NCBI GenBank assembly: GCA_964187785.1
Contig: OZ076412.1
Coordinates: 47,554,001-47,618,000, forward strand
Direction of reading: 5' to 3'
Source of the DNA: Amphiscolops sp. MND2022
Lineage: Eukaryota
DNA: 64,000 bases
Shown here: positions 13,640-26,484 of the stretch, piece after piece
How the letters are laid out: each line of letters opens with the position of its first letter
How positions within the stretch are numbered: position 1 is the first letter of the stretch
Translations under genes and position numbers: made by a program
The notes under the pieces: generated by a model
Seen by the model: the letters and a program-made list of their open reading frames with translations, nothing else
What the model was told of the DNA's origin: nothing
Databases searched by the model: none

Positions 13640-14700
13640 ACTCTCATAGTGCCTAAAATGTTAAAGGGGTCCTTGGGTTTTTTAAACGTCCAATTTGCTG
13701 CAAAATATCAGAAAAAATTGGGACGTGGGACCTTTGGAGACATTAAAAGTTTTTCGATAAAAAGTCCTACAATGTCGAAAAAAAATCGAAAGGGGGACCC
13801 TTTACTCTCGTCGGGTTTTGTATGTAACGTTAAAAAAGGAAGAAAACGATATGATTTTAGCACCAATTGAGATGCTTTCTGAACCAAAAAGTGTCCATTT
13901 TAGTGGGAGTCTTGAGAAAAAAACTAGTAATTGCAATAGTCGGGCATTTTCCTCTTAGGAGAGGTGCCGACTGAAAACACTTTCTTTAGTACATCTCGTT
14001 GAATTACCCTAAGAGGGGTGAATACCGGTTCCCAAATAAGATTCGGCTGCAATTGATATCAAGCGAAAATCATATCAACCAAAACACTTACATAAAATAT
14101 TCACATTAAACTCAATCAAAACTCAAACTCAAAACAACAACCCCGGAACGGCCTAAGTCCGTGCCATATCTAAGACTCAAAAATACCAAAAGGACTTCAG
14201 AGTATCAAGTATTCTCTTTTACAAAACCCGAAAAACCCAAGGAATGGACGGAATTTGCGCGCCCTTTCGGATTTTTTAACATCAATTCTGTTGCAAAATA
14301 TCAAAACATTGAAGGGCGACTCTTTGAAACATTGAAAAACTTTCAGAAAAAAGTCTCACAATGCCGAAAAACTGAAAGAGGGGACCTTTTGGGATTTTTC
14401 AACATCCATTCAGTCAGAAAGCATCAACAAAAATTGAAGGGGGACCCTTTGGTGAAAAAATTCAAAAAAAGTCTCACAAGGCCAAAAAATTGAAAGGTGT
14501 GACCTTTTAGTGTCGCCCGGTATTGTATGTTGCGCTGAAAAAATGGAAAGACTCTTTTAGTTGAGTTCTTTGGGCCAAATGATCCAATTTGGCACCTGAA
14601 AGTTTCGTAGAACTTTTAAGAACTATTTTGGTCAGTTCGTGTGGATTGAAAAAAAGAGTCACTAGTATAGTCGCGTTTCATTTCATGAAGCGTCGACTAA
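13640..14700. repeat. Abundant dispersed repeat family (GGGGACCC / TTCGGCACTGTG motifs), possibly non-autonomous Helitron/Helentron-like
   Basis: The same motif vocabulary recurs at about 210-500, 5790-6800, 8990-9200 and 50600-50760. Imperfect terminal hairpin AGTCGCGTTT...AAGCGTCGACT near 14670-14700. The class assignment is inference. Confidence 0.4.
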
Positions 14701-15272
14701 TTATCAGTTTTTCTGGAGATTTATAGTTAATTGATGAGAAATTATCAGACGTTATAATGAAGTATCAGCATTTTATAGTTAGTATGAGTGCTACGGATAA
14801 TCATTTCATTGTCACATTTCCATTCCAAGTGTTGCAGAGAAAATAATTTCGGGTAGAACGCACAAGGTGCGAAGTAATTCCTACTAAATTTTGGAATTTC
14901 TAATCGTAGCTAATTGTAAAATGTTTTCAAGTCAAACTTAGGTATTTGTAACCCGTTGACGAAGGTGCTATGATTTGGTAGTCTTTTCGATTTGATATGC
15001 TTTGTCGTTTGATATGAGTTGTCGTTTGATATGAGTTATCGCCAGTGCCCCAGATAAATTAGGAAATTAGTATCCACTTCTTATCTTTGATAGTGGATAG
15101 CACATAGAATTGTTGCAAAATTAGTTTCAATCAGAAACTTGGCGAGCTGTGTAACCTCTTTTCTCTCCGTCTTAGACGAAACACTGATACTTTCATTAAG
15201 CTTTTCTTCTGACTTATAGCATCAAAAGAGCCTTCCCGTACTGACACTCCAGTGTAATCCTCTGATGGCCGC

Positions 15273-16845
15273 TGTCGCAGGCTGCCGCCTGTGACGGCAC
15301 ATACTACCAGGTCACTCCAACTAATGACCAAAGCAACCCCGGACCAGGAGTCTTACCTATATAAAACACTCTCAAACTTTTAGAGCCTCAAAACAGTCAA
15401 CTGACATTTACTTGTATTGATAAACTGATACAATATTAATTACAAGCAATATCTAATGTTTTACTAATTTGACCAGTAGTCATGTAGACCGTATGAAATG
15501 TTCATTGTATTTATTTGACGTCTTTCATGGTGCAAAAGGAAACACATTCTGCTATGAAAGCGTTGCAGTCTAATTGACGTGTTGTCCACCATGATCACCT
15601 ACGGCGCTAATAATGATTTTAGTACACTCATGCAGTCATTGTGACGCATTGTCGTATTTTAACTTTATGTAACTAGCAGTGCTAATTAAGCTATTTGGTG
15701 CCGTCACTTTGACGTTAGGTCAACATGTTCTTTCATGCTGTTTGATATCTATTTGATATGGATATTTTGACGCAATGTAGCATCGCGTACATGAATTCAC
15801 TAGTGATAGTTCGTAAACCATTTAAACTATTTCAATTCTAATTTTAGTGCATTACGTAATGTGACGCAATGTATGATTTGTAGCTATTTATAGCGAATAT
15901 GATGTCATGTAAAAATTTAGGTCCTTGACATTCCAAATAATGTGTGTCATGGTCCGAATACTATATATACTCGGATGCATTTGTGGTTGTAATCATTGTT
16001 GATATTGCGAACGCTATTAAAACTGACAATTTGATACACTTTACCATTAGTCAATTCATTGTTGAAAATAAAACGATCTTTCTTCACTATGCCTTCAACT
16101 AGAAGGCGTAAAGCTAAAGAAAAGCGAGCAAGGCAATCAGACGTAATGTCAAATTTTGAAAACCTCGATGTTATGCTTGGGAGCTATTCTAGAGATGCTC
16201 TAGTAGAGCAAAGTAATGTTAGTGATGTAGAAAGGGACTTTGAGTCTAGTAGACACCAGCAAAATACTGATCTAATTGAAGGGAACCTCAGGTCACTTTT
16301 AAATGCTAATGAAAGCGAGAACAGTGAAATCACTGCAGAAACTATGAGGGTGATTAATTCAGAAATTTCCTCCCAAATGTCTAGAAAAATAGATGAAATT
16401 AGATCTGACTTAAATTTGCAAATATTGGATGCTATTAACTCAGCAATTCAAGAAAAGGTGCTTCCTTCCATTGAAAATGCGCTAAAACCAGTTAAAACAG
16501 CTTCAAATGCAAAATGGGACCTTCGGTCAGATGGACCGCAGTCGAGCAGGGTGAATAGGCCAGACCAGCAATATGACCTGAAGTCAGGGGGACTGCACAA
16601 AAGCAAGAAAGCTCAAATGAGCAAATACATTGACCTTAGGTCAGATGGACTGCATCTGGACAGATTCGGCCAGGATGCTCAGGAATATGACCCTCGGTCA
16701 GATGGACTGCACCAAAGCGAAATTACGCAATCTAACCTAGAAACACGTGAAAATCGCTCTAAAATGAGTTTTAAAGAAAGTAACCGTGCCAATCATCTCA
16801 GAGAGAGTTCAATAGACTCTATTGAGAGTGAAGATGGTTACGACA
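15273..16845 (+). repeat. Element 1 5' LTR (1573 bp)
   Basis: Direct repeat of 27221-28792 with roughly 16 differences counted by eye, including a 1-bp indel. TATATAAAA at 15358-15366. Confidence 0.97.
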
Positions 16846-17987
16846 TGGTGACAGGAGCCAACCTCACCCCACATATGGTCCCAGAATTCCTGACCGGACG
16901 GCCCATGCAATCCCGAAAGAATGTTCCCCAACAAAATGATGATAATCATGACATGCTGGATACAACCCTTCCAGCACAGCAAATGCCCATGCGTACCACG
17001 GAGGCAATCACCGAACCTCCAGTTGACCCCATTAACCGTCTTGCAGACGTCATTATGGGGATGAACAACAAACAGCCATGACAAACCCTGATGTTACGCC
17101 CAGTTAGTACGACCACACTGACCTTTGACGGCAAATCGGAAAAGTTTGAACTGTTTGAGGATCTTTTTCACACGATGATAAAGATGCAACCGGACCTGAC
17201 GGAAGCAATGAAAATTAATCATTTTCACTCCCTGTTACGCAAAAATGCCTTGCAGACATTCCGCAGCATCAGTTCGGCAAACAGACAATTTCTAGAGGAT
17301 GTCCCAGCTGTCTTTCGCCGAAAATATGTGAAACCAGAGTCGCAGGCAACGGCCAAAAACAAATGGCATAAACTGGTTTTTGATCCAAATACCATGAAAT
17401 TGCCTGATTTCTTAGAAGAGCTAAACCAAGGCGCTGAGAAGGCCTTCGGTGAACACGCACAAGCCATGATTGACAGCTTGCTGTATGCCAAGCTACCACC
17501 AAAACTCAAACGCCAAGTCAATATGGCGCGATTAGAGAATGCTACTTATGAAGAGATTGTCAGACATCTCGAACGAGAATTGGAGCTAAATGGACTTGAG
17601 GAAGGTGACGGCATTCCCGTCCCCACGATATCTACCGCCCCTACAGCAACACGACCGGGAAATGGCCTCCTTTCCTCCGGCATTGACCCAAATGTCACCT
17701 GCAACTACTGCAAAAAACCCGGCCACGTCAAAGATGACTGCCGAAAACTCAAACAAAAGGAGGAACAAAGACGAAATGACGGACAGGATAACAAAAAAGA
17801 ATACCCAAAATGTCCAACTTGCGACAAAACGAATCACCCGGCGGAACGGTGTTGGAAAGGCGCTGGTGCCCACCTCAAGCCAAAAAACCTCAAGCTGGAT
17901 AACTCCAAAAATGAGGAAGCGACCACTAGTCATGACGACTCCACCAAGAATCCTACTACTTCTATCCTTAAAAACTCAAAAAACTAA
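16089..17987 (+). CDS. gag: Element 1 gag (about 630 aa), initiated inside the LTR, with one in-frame TGA at 17079-17081
   Basis: ORFs 16059-17081 and 17091-17987 share a frame. Capsid-like FDGKSEKFELFEDLF region, and zinc knuckles CNYCKKPGHVKDDC and CPTCDKTNHPAERC. Confidence 0.85.
16846..16858 (+). promoter_or_regulatory. Putative primer-binding site of element 1
   Basis: TGGTGACAGGAGC directly abuts the LTR end, and TGG complements tRNA CCA. It resembles a tRNA-Leu-type PBS, but the tRNA is not identified. Confidence 0.75.
17978..17984 (+). promoter_or_regulatory. -1 ribosomal frameshift site A_AAA_AAC (element 1 gag-pol)
   Basis: The heptamer sits immediately before the gag stop. The -1 frame is open directly into the protease ORF (LNLPRLHINEK...). 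Confidence 0.75.
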
Positions 17988-20900
17988 ATTTGCCACGACT
18001 TCATATTAATGAAAAACTGCGGGTCAGACAATATATAATATCTGACCCTCCTTTTGTTCATTATACTGAATATTATTCCACGCTTAAAGAAAACTCATCA
18101 GCTGACTGGCAGCAGCAGGTGAAGAATACTCCTATCAATTTAATTGACTTGGACCATCAGTCCGACAGACTGCAATGTAATACTACTATTATCCGACCTC
18201 TACCTCTTATAGAAGACTATAACCCATACTACCCCGACCCAGACTTTCGTTTCGACCCTTATTGGGACGCTCAGATCTATAACCAACATCACCTCCATTT
18301 CTATACCAATTTCCACAACAACCCTTTGGAAACAGAACTCGATTCCAACGAAATCGACCAAAATCTCAACCCAGCTCTGACCAAGGCTCTCGTAGACCCT
18401 TGGCAAAATGAATGGGCTGCCACCAATTTGGTCACTCAGGAAGACCCACCGAAAGAGTTCTCTCAAGATGGACCTGTGGTCACATTGACTGCAACCGTAG
18501 AGGAACGATTTGCGAACACCCTAATCTCACGAGACGGTGAACCCGATTATGTTCCGTTGACAACAAATCTTGGACTAAAGTATAAGAGACGCATGCTCTA
18601 TTTTCCAATCGATTTTTGCGAACTAACATTAGATGGCCTTGTAGACACGGGAGCCCTATCTAGCGCGATCCCAGAAGCTGATCTATGTAAAATCCGATTA
18701 TTAGCCCCTCAGTCGATAGTCAAAGAGGGCCCAGCACCCAACTTCCAGATAATGGTTGCTAATGGACAGCTGGAAACCCCAAAGAGCACTGTTGAACTCA
18801 AATTTGAAGTCGGGGACATTGAATTCCACGAGATATTCATAGTCATGGAAAAGCTCACAAGTCCGCTAATTGGTCTTTCATTCCTCCAAAGGAATAATAC
18901 CATACTGGACATAAGGCAGGGAGTTTTAAACTTCCCATTCTTTTCTATGCAGTTGAAGACAGCGGACCACAAGTACACTGACGTCATGGAACCTGTCAGT
19001 ATACGCGAGGACATAATTATCCCGGCCAATGACAGACACGTGGTCTCCATGAACTCCAATATCTATGCTGACACTAATGTCACCGGAATCCTCCAACCGA
19101 GCAACGCCCTCACTGAGGACGGAGATATAGCCTTTTGCGCTGCTCTAGTCACACTGACCCAAGGTCAGGCTTCGATCCATGTGAATAATTTCATTGATCA
19201 GCCATATACCCTCAAACGGGGTTCGGACATTGCCAATTTTTCTGTCATGATGCCAGAGCAAATGAAATACGTCAAACCCATTGACTCGGTGACCACATGG
19301 CACCTCTTGCAAAATAATCCAGAAAATGCTGCCTACTACGCAAGCAGTTTGATTCAATCTACAAGGACTGGGGAAGACCTAGAAAACTTTTGGTTTCCTA
19401 CACCAGAAGAACCTGGAGACCCTCAGCTCCATACCCCGATTCAGCAACGAATCCTGAAGGAATTACAAAACCTCCAGGAACTGGAAAAACTCAACCCTCA
19501 GGATGACACTGAGTCAAGAAACCAATTCCTTGCCAATTTTGACTGGACGGGACTCTACGTTGCAGCCAGCTGAAATCACCCAAATTGAAGAGTTACTTGT
19601 CGAATTTCATGACATATTTGCGAGACACCGATTTGTTATAGGCATGAACGAGGAATTCAAGGTCAAGCTCACACCTAAAGACGAATCCCCAGCCTATGGT
19701 CAAAGTCTTCCAACGCCAATTAATCGCAAAGAAGATATTCTCGTCGAAGTAGCCCTCCTACAACACTATTCATAACCACACTTCCATTCTCTAAATATGC
19801 AAGTCCTATCTTTGCCCAGAAAAAACCAAATAGCAAATTACGACTCTTGGTTGACCTTCGCAAGATCAATAATTGGATCTCTGATGATTATATCAACAAC
19901 AATCATCCTGTGAGTACTTTAACGGACGCCGCACAGCACATGGCAGGCAAACGCCTGTTCTGCAAATTAGACTGTTCGCAGGCATATCATTGTCTACAAA
20001 TGGCGGACAAGAGGTCCATCGAGATGCATGCATTCAAATTTGCTAGCAGGACATTCGCATACCGCAGATTGGCGCAAGGTTTCAGCAGAGCTCTTTCTGC
20101 CTTTTCGAGCTTCATGCGTGAATATTTGGACAAGGTGATCAAAGCTGACCAATGCGCACAGTACGTCGATGATATCGGAATCGCGGCAAACACTGCTGAG
20201 CAGCTGATTCGAAACCCTAGAGCTACGTTTCAGTGCATCCGGACCGCAGGTCTCAAACTCACGATGCACAAATGCCACTTTGGAGCCAAGGAAATCGACT
20301 TCCTGGGACGTACCATCACTCCTGAAGGAGTGCAGCCACAAGGACCCAGAGTCCAAAACTTCCTAGAGAAGACCAAATTCCCCAATTCCAAAAAGGCTCT
20401 TCAGCGATACTTGGGATTTCTCAATTATTATCGCAACTATATCCCAAGGCTGTCAGAGAAACTTACACCATTCTTCAAACTACTGAAAAACGATGCCAAA
20501 GTCATAGTGACACCCGATCTGTTAGAACAATTCACCGAGATCAACAAAGCTCTTGACCGCTGTTGTGAACTTGCACTCAAACAACCTCTGCCTAATAAGC
20601 AGATAGCATTGATGACTGATGCTAGCTTCTTGGCGGCAGGTTACGCAGTTCTCATCGAGGACGATCCAAGTGAGAAGTATTTTTCAACGCGAAAGTCTTT
20701 CGCACCTGTAGCCTATGGATCCAAGACCTTTAGTCCCGCCCAACTGAAAAAGTCCATCTATGCGAAAGAGTTCTTGGCGATATTCTTCGCATTTAAGGAA
20801 TTTGGGCATATCTTTTGGAGGACCCTGAAACCGGTGATAATCCTAACAGACAACAAGTCGGTCACTCGCTTTTTCCAAGTTAAAATCATTCCACCAACCC

Positions 20901-23047
20901 TGTGGAACGCGTGTGACTACGTTATCCAGTTCAATTTCACAATTGCCCACATACCAGGCAAAAACAACACCGCAGCAGACTATTTGTTTCGTTTGGAGAT
21001 TTGTCCTAAAGAAAAACTTGTACTCCGTATACGAGAAGATATATCAACCACTCCCATTGAACTCAACGTCCAATCAGCCGGAGTGACTGAAGAAGACCAA
21101 ATTTTCTACACTGAAGAGGATGAGGAAACTGAGGGACAAATCTGGCAACGTAAAAAGGACGCCAGGTCTCATCCAACAAACCAATTACCTGATATCTCCC
21201 TAGAGAAACTCAGTGCCCACAGTGGTGCTTCTTAACAAATGACAACTTTGCAGATACTGTCAAATTCTACCACCATGGCTATTGAGCAACAAAATGACGT
21301 GGTCCTACATTAGTTACGCCTCAAACTGCAGAAAGAAGAAATTTCTGAGACGATTCTACAACAAAATTCGCGCTACCGACATTACTGCAGTCAAATTGAC
21401 CGTTTGTCCGTTCAGGATGACGTTGTCATCAGAGACTACTATGACGAAACAGGAAGCGTCCAATACAGACAGGCGCTCTTACCCAAACACCTTGTGTCGG
21501 AGCTACTCCACTCACTACATGGAATTACGAATAAACATCCAGGAATTTCCAAGATGCTTTATGAAATTCGTCAAAAATATTATTATCCTGGAATAGCAAA
21601 AATCGTCAAAAAGTGGGTTCAAGGATGTGAAGTTTGCATAAAAGACAAAAGAATCCAAAATCCATCGATAACGCCTGAACTACTTAATTTGCCTGAATGG
21701 GATCTTGGTCCGGAAGACGCCTTACAAATTGACCTTTTACCTTACCTCCCACCGAGCGGGGGATATGAAAACGTCATTACTGCTGTGGATGTCTTCGCAA
21801 GATACCTGTCCGCTTATCCTGTAGTCGACGCTTCAGCCTCTAGTACCGCAAGAGTACTTATTGATAATATGACAAGGCATGCATACTTACCAACAACTCT
21901 GATTACCGACAAAGGAACAGCATTTACGTCCCGTCTAGTCGTTGAGGTCGCAAAAATTCTGGGTATTCAGAACAAATGCGCAACGACGAAGCATCCTCAG
22001 ACGATATGTAAATTAGAGAGAACTCATGCCAGTCTTAAGGGCAACCTTAAAATGGCTTCTGGTGAATATCGTCGACAATGGCACAAATATCTCCCATTGG
22101 CTGTTCTCAACTACAACACGACCTATCATTCAAGTGTAGGATGCGAACCATCCAGAATCTTTCATGGCCGTGTACCGTATAATATCCTAGACCATAGGTT
22201 GGGATTAAATCCCAACCCGAAAATCCTACCAACAACGGATTTTGCTGAGGAACGACAAAGACGTACTCAAATTCTGATCGATAGAACGAAGAAAAATATC
22301 ATGCAGTCGTACTTAAAGTACAAAGAATATTACGCCAAAGCAGCCCCTTTACACCAGGGAGACTATTGCTTTTGCTTTATATTACAGCCGTTGGCAGACC
22401 ACCAAGGATCCAAAATTCCAGTCTGTGAATTCCGGTGGATTGGACCCTCTGTCATTGAAAAAGTCCTACCGAATGAAAATTACATTGTTCGAAAACTCAG
22501 TTCTAATAAAACGCAAATTTTACATCGGATACGCTTACGGAATTATAACCCGAACAAAGAACTGAGTGACGTCCGCTCGGAAGGAAATTTACAACCTGAT
22601 GATGAAATTATCATACCACAAGATGATCTTTACATTATTTCCTGGGAAACGGAATTCGACTATTTTCCTACTCATTCCGACTCAAATAACACTTCTGATG
22701 ATCGCCCAGTTGATTCTGGGCACCAGGACGCCATATTTACAGATTTGGACATTCAGTCCACCCGACGTGACCAAAATACTGACGACGCTGCTACTGAGCA
22801 GCGTGAACAAGAAATCAACGACGCGGACCTTCGGTCCGCTCGACTGCAGCAAGATACTAATTCAGATGAGTCTGAGCAAATGCCTGAGCAGCCGGATGAA
22901 AATATTGCTGACGCGGACCTTAGGTCAACTCGACCGCAATCAACTACTGATTCCGAAATCGATGAAAATACCTCTAAAAGCCCCCCAGAAGCGGGAAATC
23001 CTGATTTTTTGAATTCTAGAGGGAAGGATATAATCGTGCCCGATTAA
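17984..23047 (+). pseudogene. pol: Element 1 pol (protease, dUTPase-like remnant, RT, RNase H, integrase), broken by several frameshifts
   Basis: LVDTGALS (PR), YVDDI (RT), TDAS...KEFLA...LTDNKS (RNase H), H...H...CEVC plus IDL / TDKGTAF / LERTH (IN). Pieces lie in different frames (17990, 19503, 19847, 21282, 21404). Confidence 0.93.
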
Positions 23048-23357
23048 TCAGACAATGAAGGTGATGAAATGGTTGTAGAAAATGAAAATCCCAGGGGAGG
23101 AAAATATAATATACATCCTAACCCTACCCCAAACTTTACTGATGAATACAGATACTAGCCAAAATATGTAAATTAAAAGCCCACAGTCCCCATCAACCGA
23201 GGTTATATATTTTAACTGGGCCCAATCTGACTGAAAATATTCATGACTGCATGGATACAATTATGCTAAATATAATAAAAACAGAAATCGAATGCAATAA
23301 TAAAGAACAACTGCGACAAGAAACAATCATAACAAAAAGAAATGAGATACAGTTCAT

Positions 23358-24579
23358 TCAATTGCAATTAAAGTTTACTACTGGAAGCTCGCAAATCTTC
23401 AGCAGAACGAGACAATTCGGTATCTGACAGCAAACGGCTACTACGTTTGTTTGACCTCGGGACTCCCAGAGACTTTGGGCACTTCGAGAACTAGATGTAG
23501 CGGAATGACCCCCGCGTTCACTGCCGTGTGGATGTTCATCAGGTTCTTCAAGAGCCTTACACATTTGAGAGCAATAGTGGGGTGTCCTTGTGGCAGACTA
23601 ATCGGCCGGGTCTCACTGAAGTATTTTCTGATGATCTCCCTACTTCCAATAGAGAGGGCAGCTAATCCGGTAGGCTCCCTGGACTGATCTATAACAGTGA
23701 TTTCGCTGGAGTCGTCAGACTGATCAGATGTGTCTCGTCGTACAGTATGAGCCATGGCTTGTGCAAATGTCGAACGTGGGTGGACGCTAGACTCTTGGTC
23801 ACTGTCGACAGCATTTGGGGCCTCACTACTAGTGTACCCGATTAACGAAGTACTCTCAAATTGTTCGCCATCACTTGATGGTGTGTGAGAAGTAGGACGC
23901 AAAAATTTGGAAAACGTCCCAAGCTGGAGATCAGGTCCATGCGGCCCGGTAGTCGCGATGTTCAGTTCTGTCGGCACCTTCTTCTGCCGTGGCAAAGTTC
24001 GTGGATCCACTAAAATTGGAGCAGATGTACTCGGGACCAGTTCAGCCTCAATACAATGGGACTCCTGGGTAGCATCCATGACCGGGGATTCGTCTTCTGT
24101 GGTCGTTTCAAACGTTGGGATCTTGTCACTAATACTAACTTTAGGGGACTTCTCGGGACTTTCAACTGTGACCTCAAGGTCTTGCATCATGTCCAACTTT
24201 CTAGCTATGAAGGCACTGCAGCTTTCTTCTGATCCACTGCTGTTAAACAGTAGCGCAGCTGCCAAACTCGCCTCATCTTGTTTATTTGTAGTCACAATAA
24301 CAGGAGGCACGTTGACTGGAGGTAGACTTGAACTTTGGACTAATACACTTTGATCCATTTCAAATTCTGGGAAAAATGGATCTTGGGGGAAACGCCCTGT
24401 TCGGGAGCAACAACTGATATCGGAGTCGTGTCCATTTCTTCTTCACCTGTTTGCTGGGTCGGTTTGCCGTTCGGTTCATTATCTGAGCAAAAAGATATGG
24501 ATAAGCGCGGTTCACTTCCTGCAGCATAAAAACCCATCTTACCGCTTGAAAGACTTCCGGAAGCAAGTTTAAAAGTCAA
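23358..24579 (-). pseudogene. Antisense S/T/E/P-rich accessory ORF of element 1 (frameshifted, possibly spliced)
   Basis: ORFs 24340-24579 and 23441-24358 join with a 1-nt shift near a G-run at about 24385. Minus-strand acceptor TTTTTATGCTGCAG|G at 24519. No recognisable domain. Confidence 0.55.
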
Positions 24580-26484
24580 CTATTTCACACAGCGTGTTAT
24601 TATTTCACGATGGAGGAAGACACTTAGTCAATTGCGAACCCTGATCAAGTTCAATTTTGGCAAATTAAAAGAACCAACCTGATGCTATTTCCATGACGGA
24701 AAGGCAGAAATTTCGGTCTCAGCCAGGAAAAGAAGATAAGTTGACCCGATCAGTGATAAGTCTGTTGGGATTCTCACGCAGTTGAAATAGTTTTCAGCAG
24801 CCTCTGAGGTTAATTGTATGATTGTTGAAATTCCAGGTCAAGAAATTCCTCTCGCTCTTAAATTTGGATGACCCAAAGTCAACGGGACTGCATTCGGATT
24901 TTGGCACTCACTGACAGTGTGGATCAGTCGACGACAATGTGTAATCAGATAATCTGCTAATCAACTCCCAATTTCTTTTTGATTAAATTCTCACGAGTAA
25001 TATGAAGGGGAATGGTTAATTCGGACAATTCAAATTTAAAAATTTACAAACTGTGCTAGCTGAGAGAATAATTTCGCAATTTGTGCGAGTAGAAAGCAAG
25101 ACTAAATTGCTGACTTAAGGTCAGAGAGACTGCATCAAATCCTGACTGGAATTAACTCAAATCAGTTGAAATTCATTGGAAAATATGTTCAATTGCTAAT
25201 TATGACATTGAAGCAGAACTATATTGGACACAATATAAACAACTGGATTTCAAAGATGAGTACGATACTGTGATTAGATGACGTAATGGCCGTTACCATC
25301 TGTCAATCATTATTATCATTTACTTAAGCTGACTGTACATCCGCTTGACTACTACTTATTATTTACTTATTAACAATTACATAGTAGGACAATAATTCCG
25401 TTTGACTGCAAACGAATACATGTACTCACTTATTGGTAAAGTTGGTCCGGCAAAACACCCAGCCTCATTCCTCAATATTGTGACGTCACACATGTTGAAT
25501 GACCAACGGTCAACCGGACTGCATTCAATTACTTACATGCACACAATCGCTTGGAGAGAATTAAAATCACTCCCACTTTGTGACGTCATTCACGCTGTAT
25601 GACCACCGGTCAGCTGGACAACAATGACTTACTTACTTGAATTCATCCCTTTGGCTGGGACACAATGGGCCTCTGGACTGAAATGAAGTAATTACCAGAA
25701 ATTATCCTCATTAAAGGACGCTGAGTCCATTTGACCGCATCAATTCCTTGACTCTCACACAATATGAAAATTTAAACCAAATTACGGGTATTGACACAGA
25801 TAATTCACTTCGTACAAGAAACCTTTAGTACATGAAGAAGTCGTGGCTAAATACAAATTAACAAAAATTCAGATTTCACGCTTTTCCTAAAAAATCTACA
25901 CTGTGATGTCTTCTTGTTCAATTGAACCTGCCAGTGAGATTGTCAAGTAACAACATTTCATTTTCGTAATCCAACTTTAACCGCGATCATCATATCTTTT
26001 CTTCAGTCATTATCAGTTATCATTTAGCAAATTAATTCGGTTTCATTTATTTAATTTCATTCTTTCTTTTTCATTCATACATCAACGCCCTCTGATTGGT
26101 CATCACGCGGACTGTCGTTAGGCAGACCGACTGTCTTTGAACTACTAGTATTGACGAATATTAGTGATTGTAAACACTAATCCGACTGGTTAACACCGCT
26201 TAATATATCTTTGAAGGGGAAAGCAAACTACCTTCAAGTGGTACTTGACGAGTGGTTCTCTCAGATCATTCATAATTTGTTGATGACCAACTTATTTTAT
26301 TCGACCCTAAAAGGGAAAGTTAAGGAAATGTTTTGGAGGATTTCCCTCCACCCGTTCCCGCGGAAAGAGGGAGTTGACCCAAGGTCTAACGGACTAGAAC
26401 GATTCAGCCATAAAATCCAAAATCTAGTAATCAGTCGCTCAAGATCGAACCAAGAAACTTCTCCTCAGCCGATACAGCAGAGAT

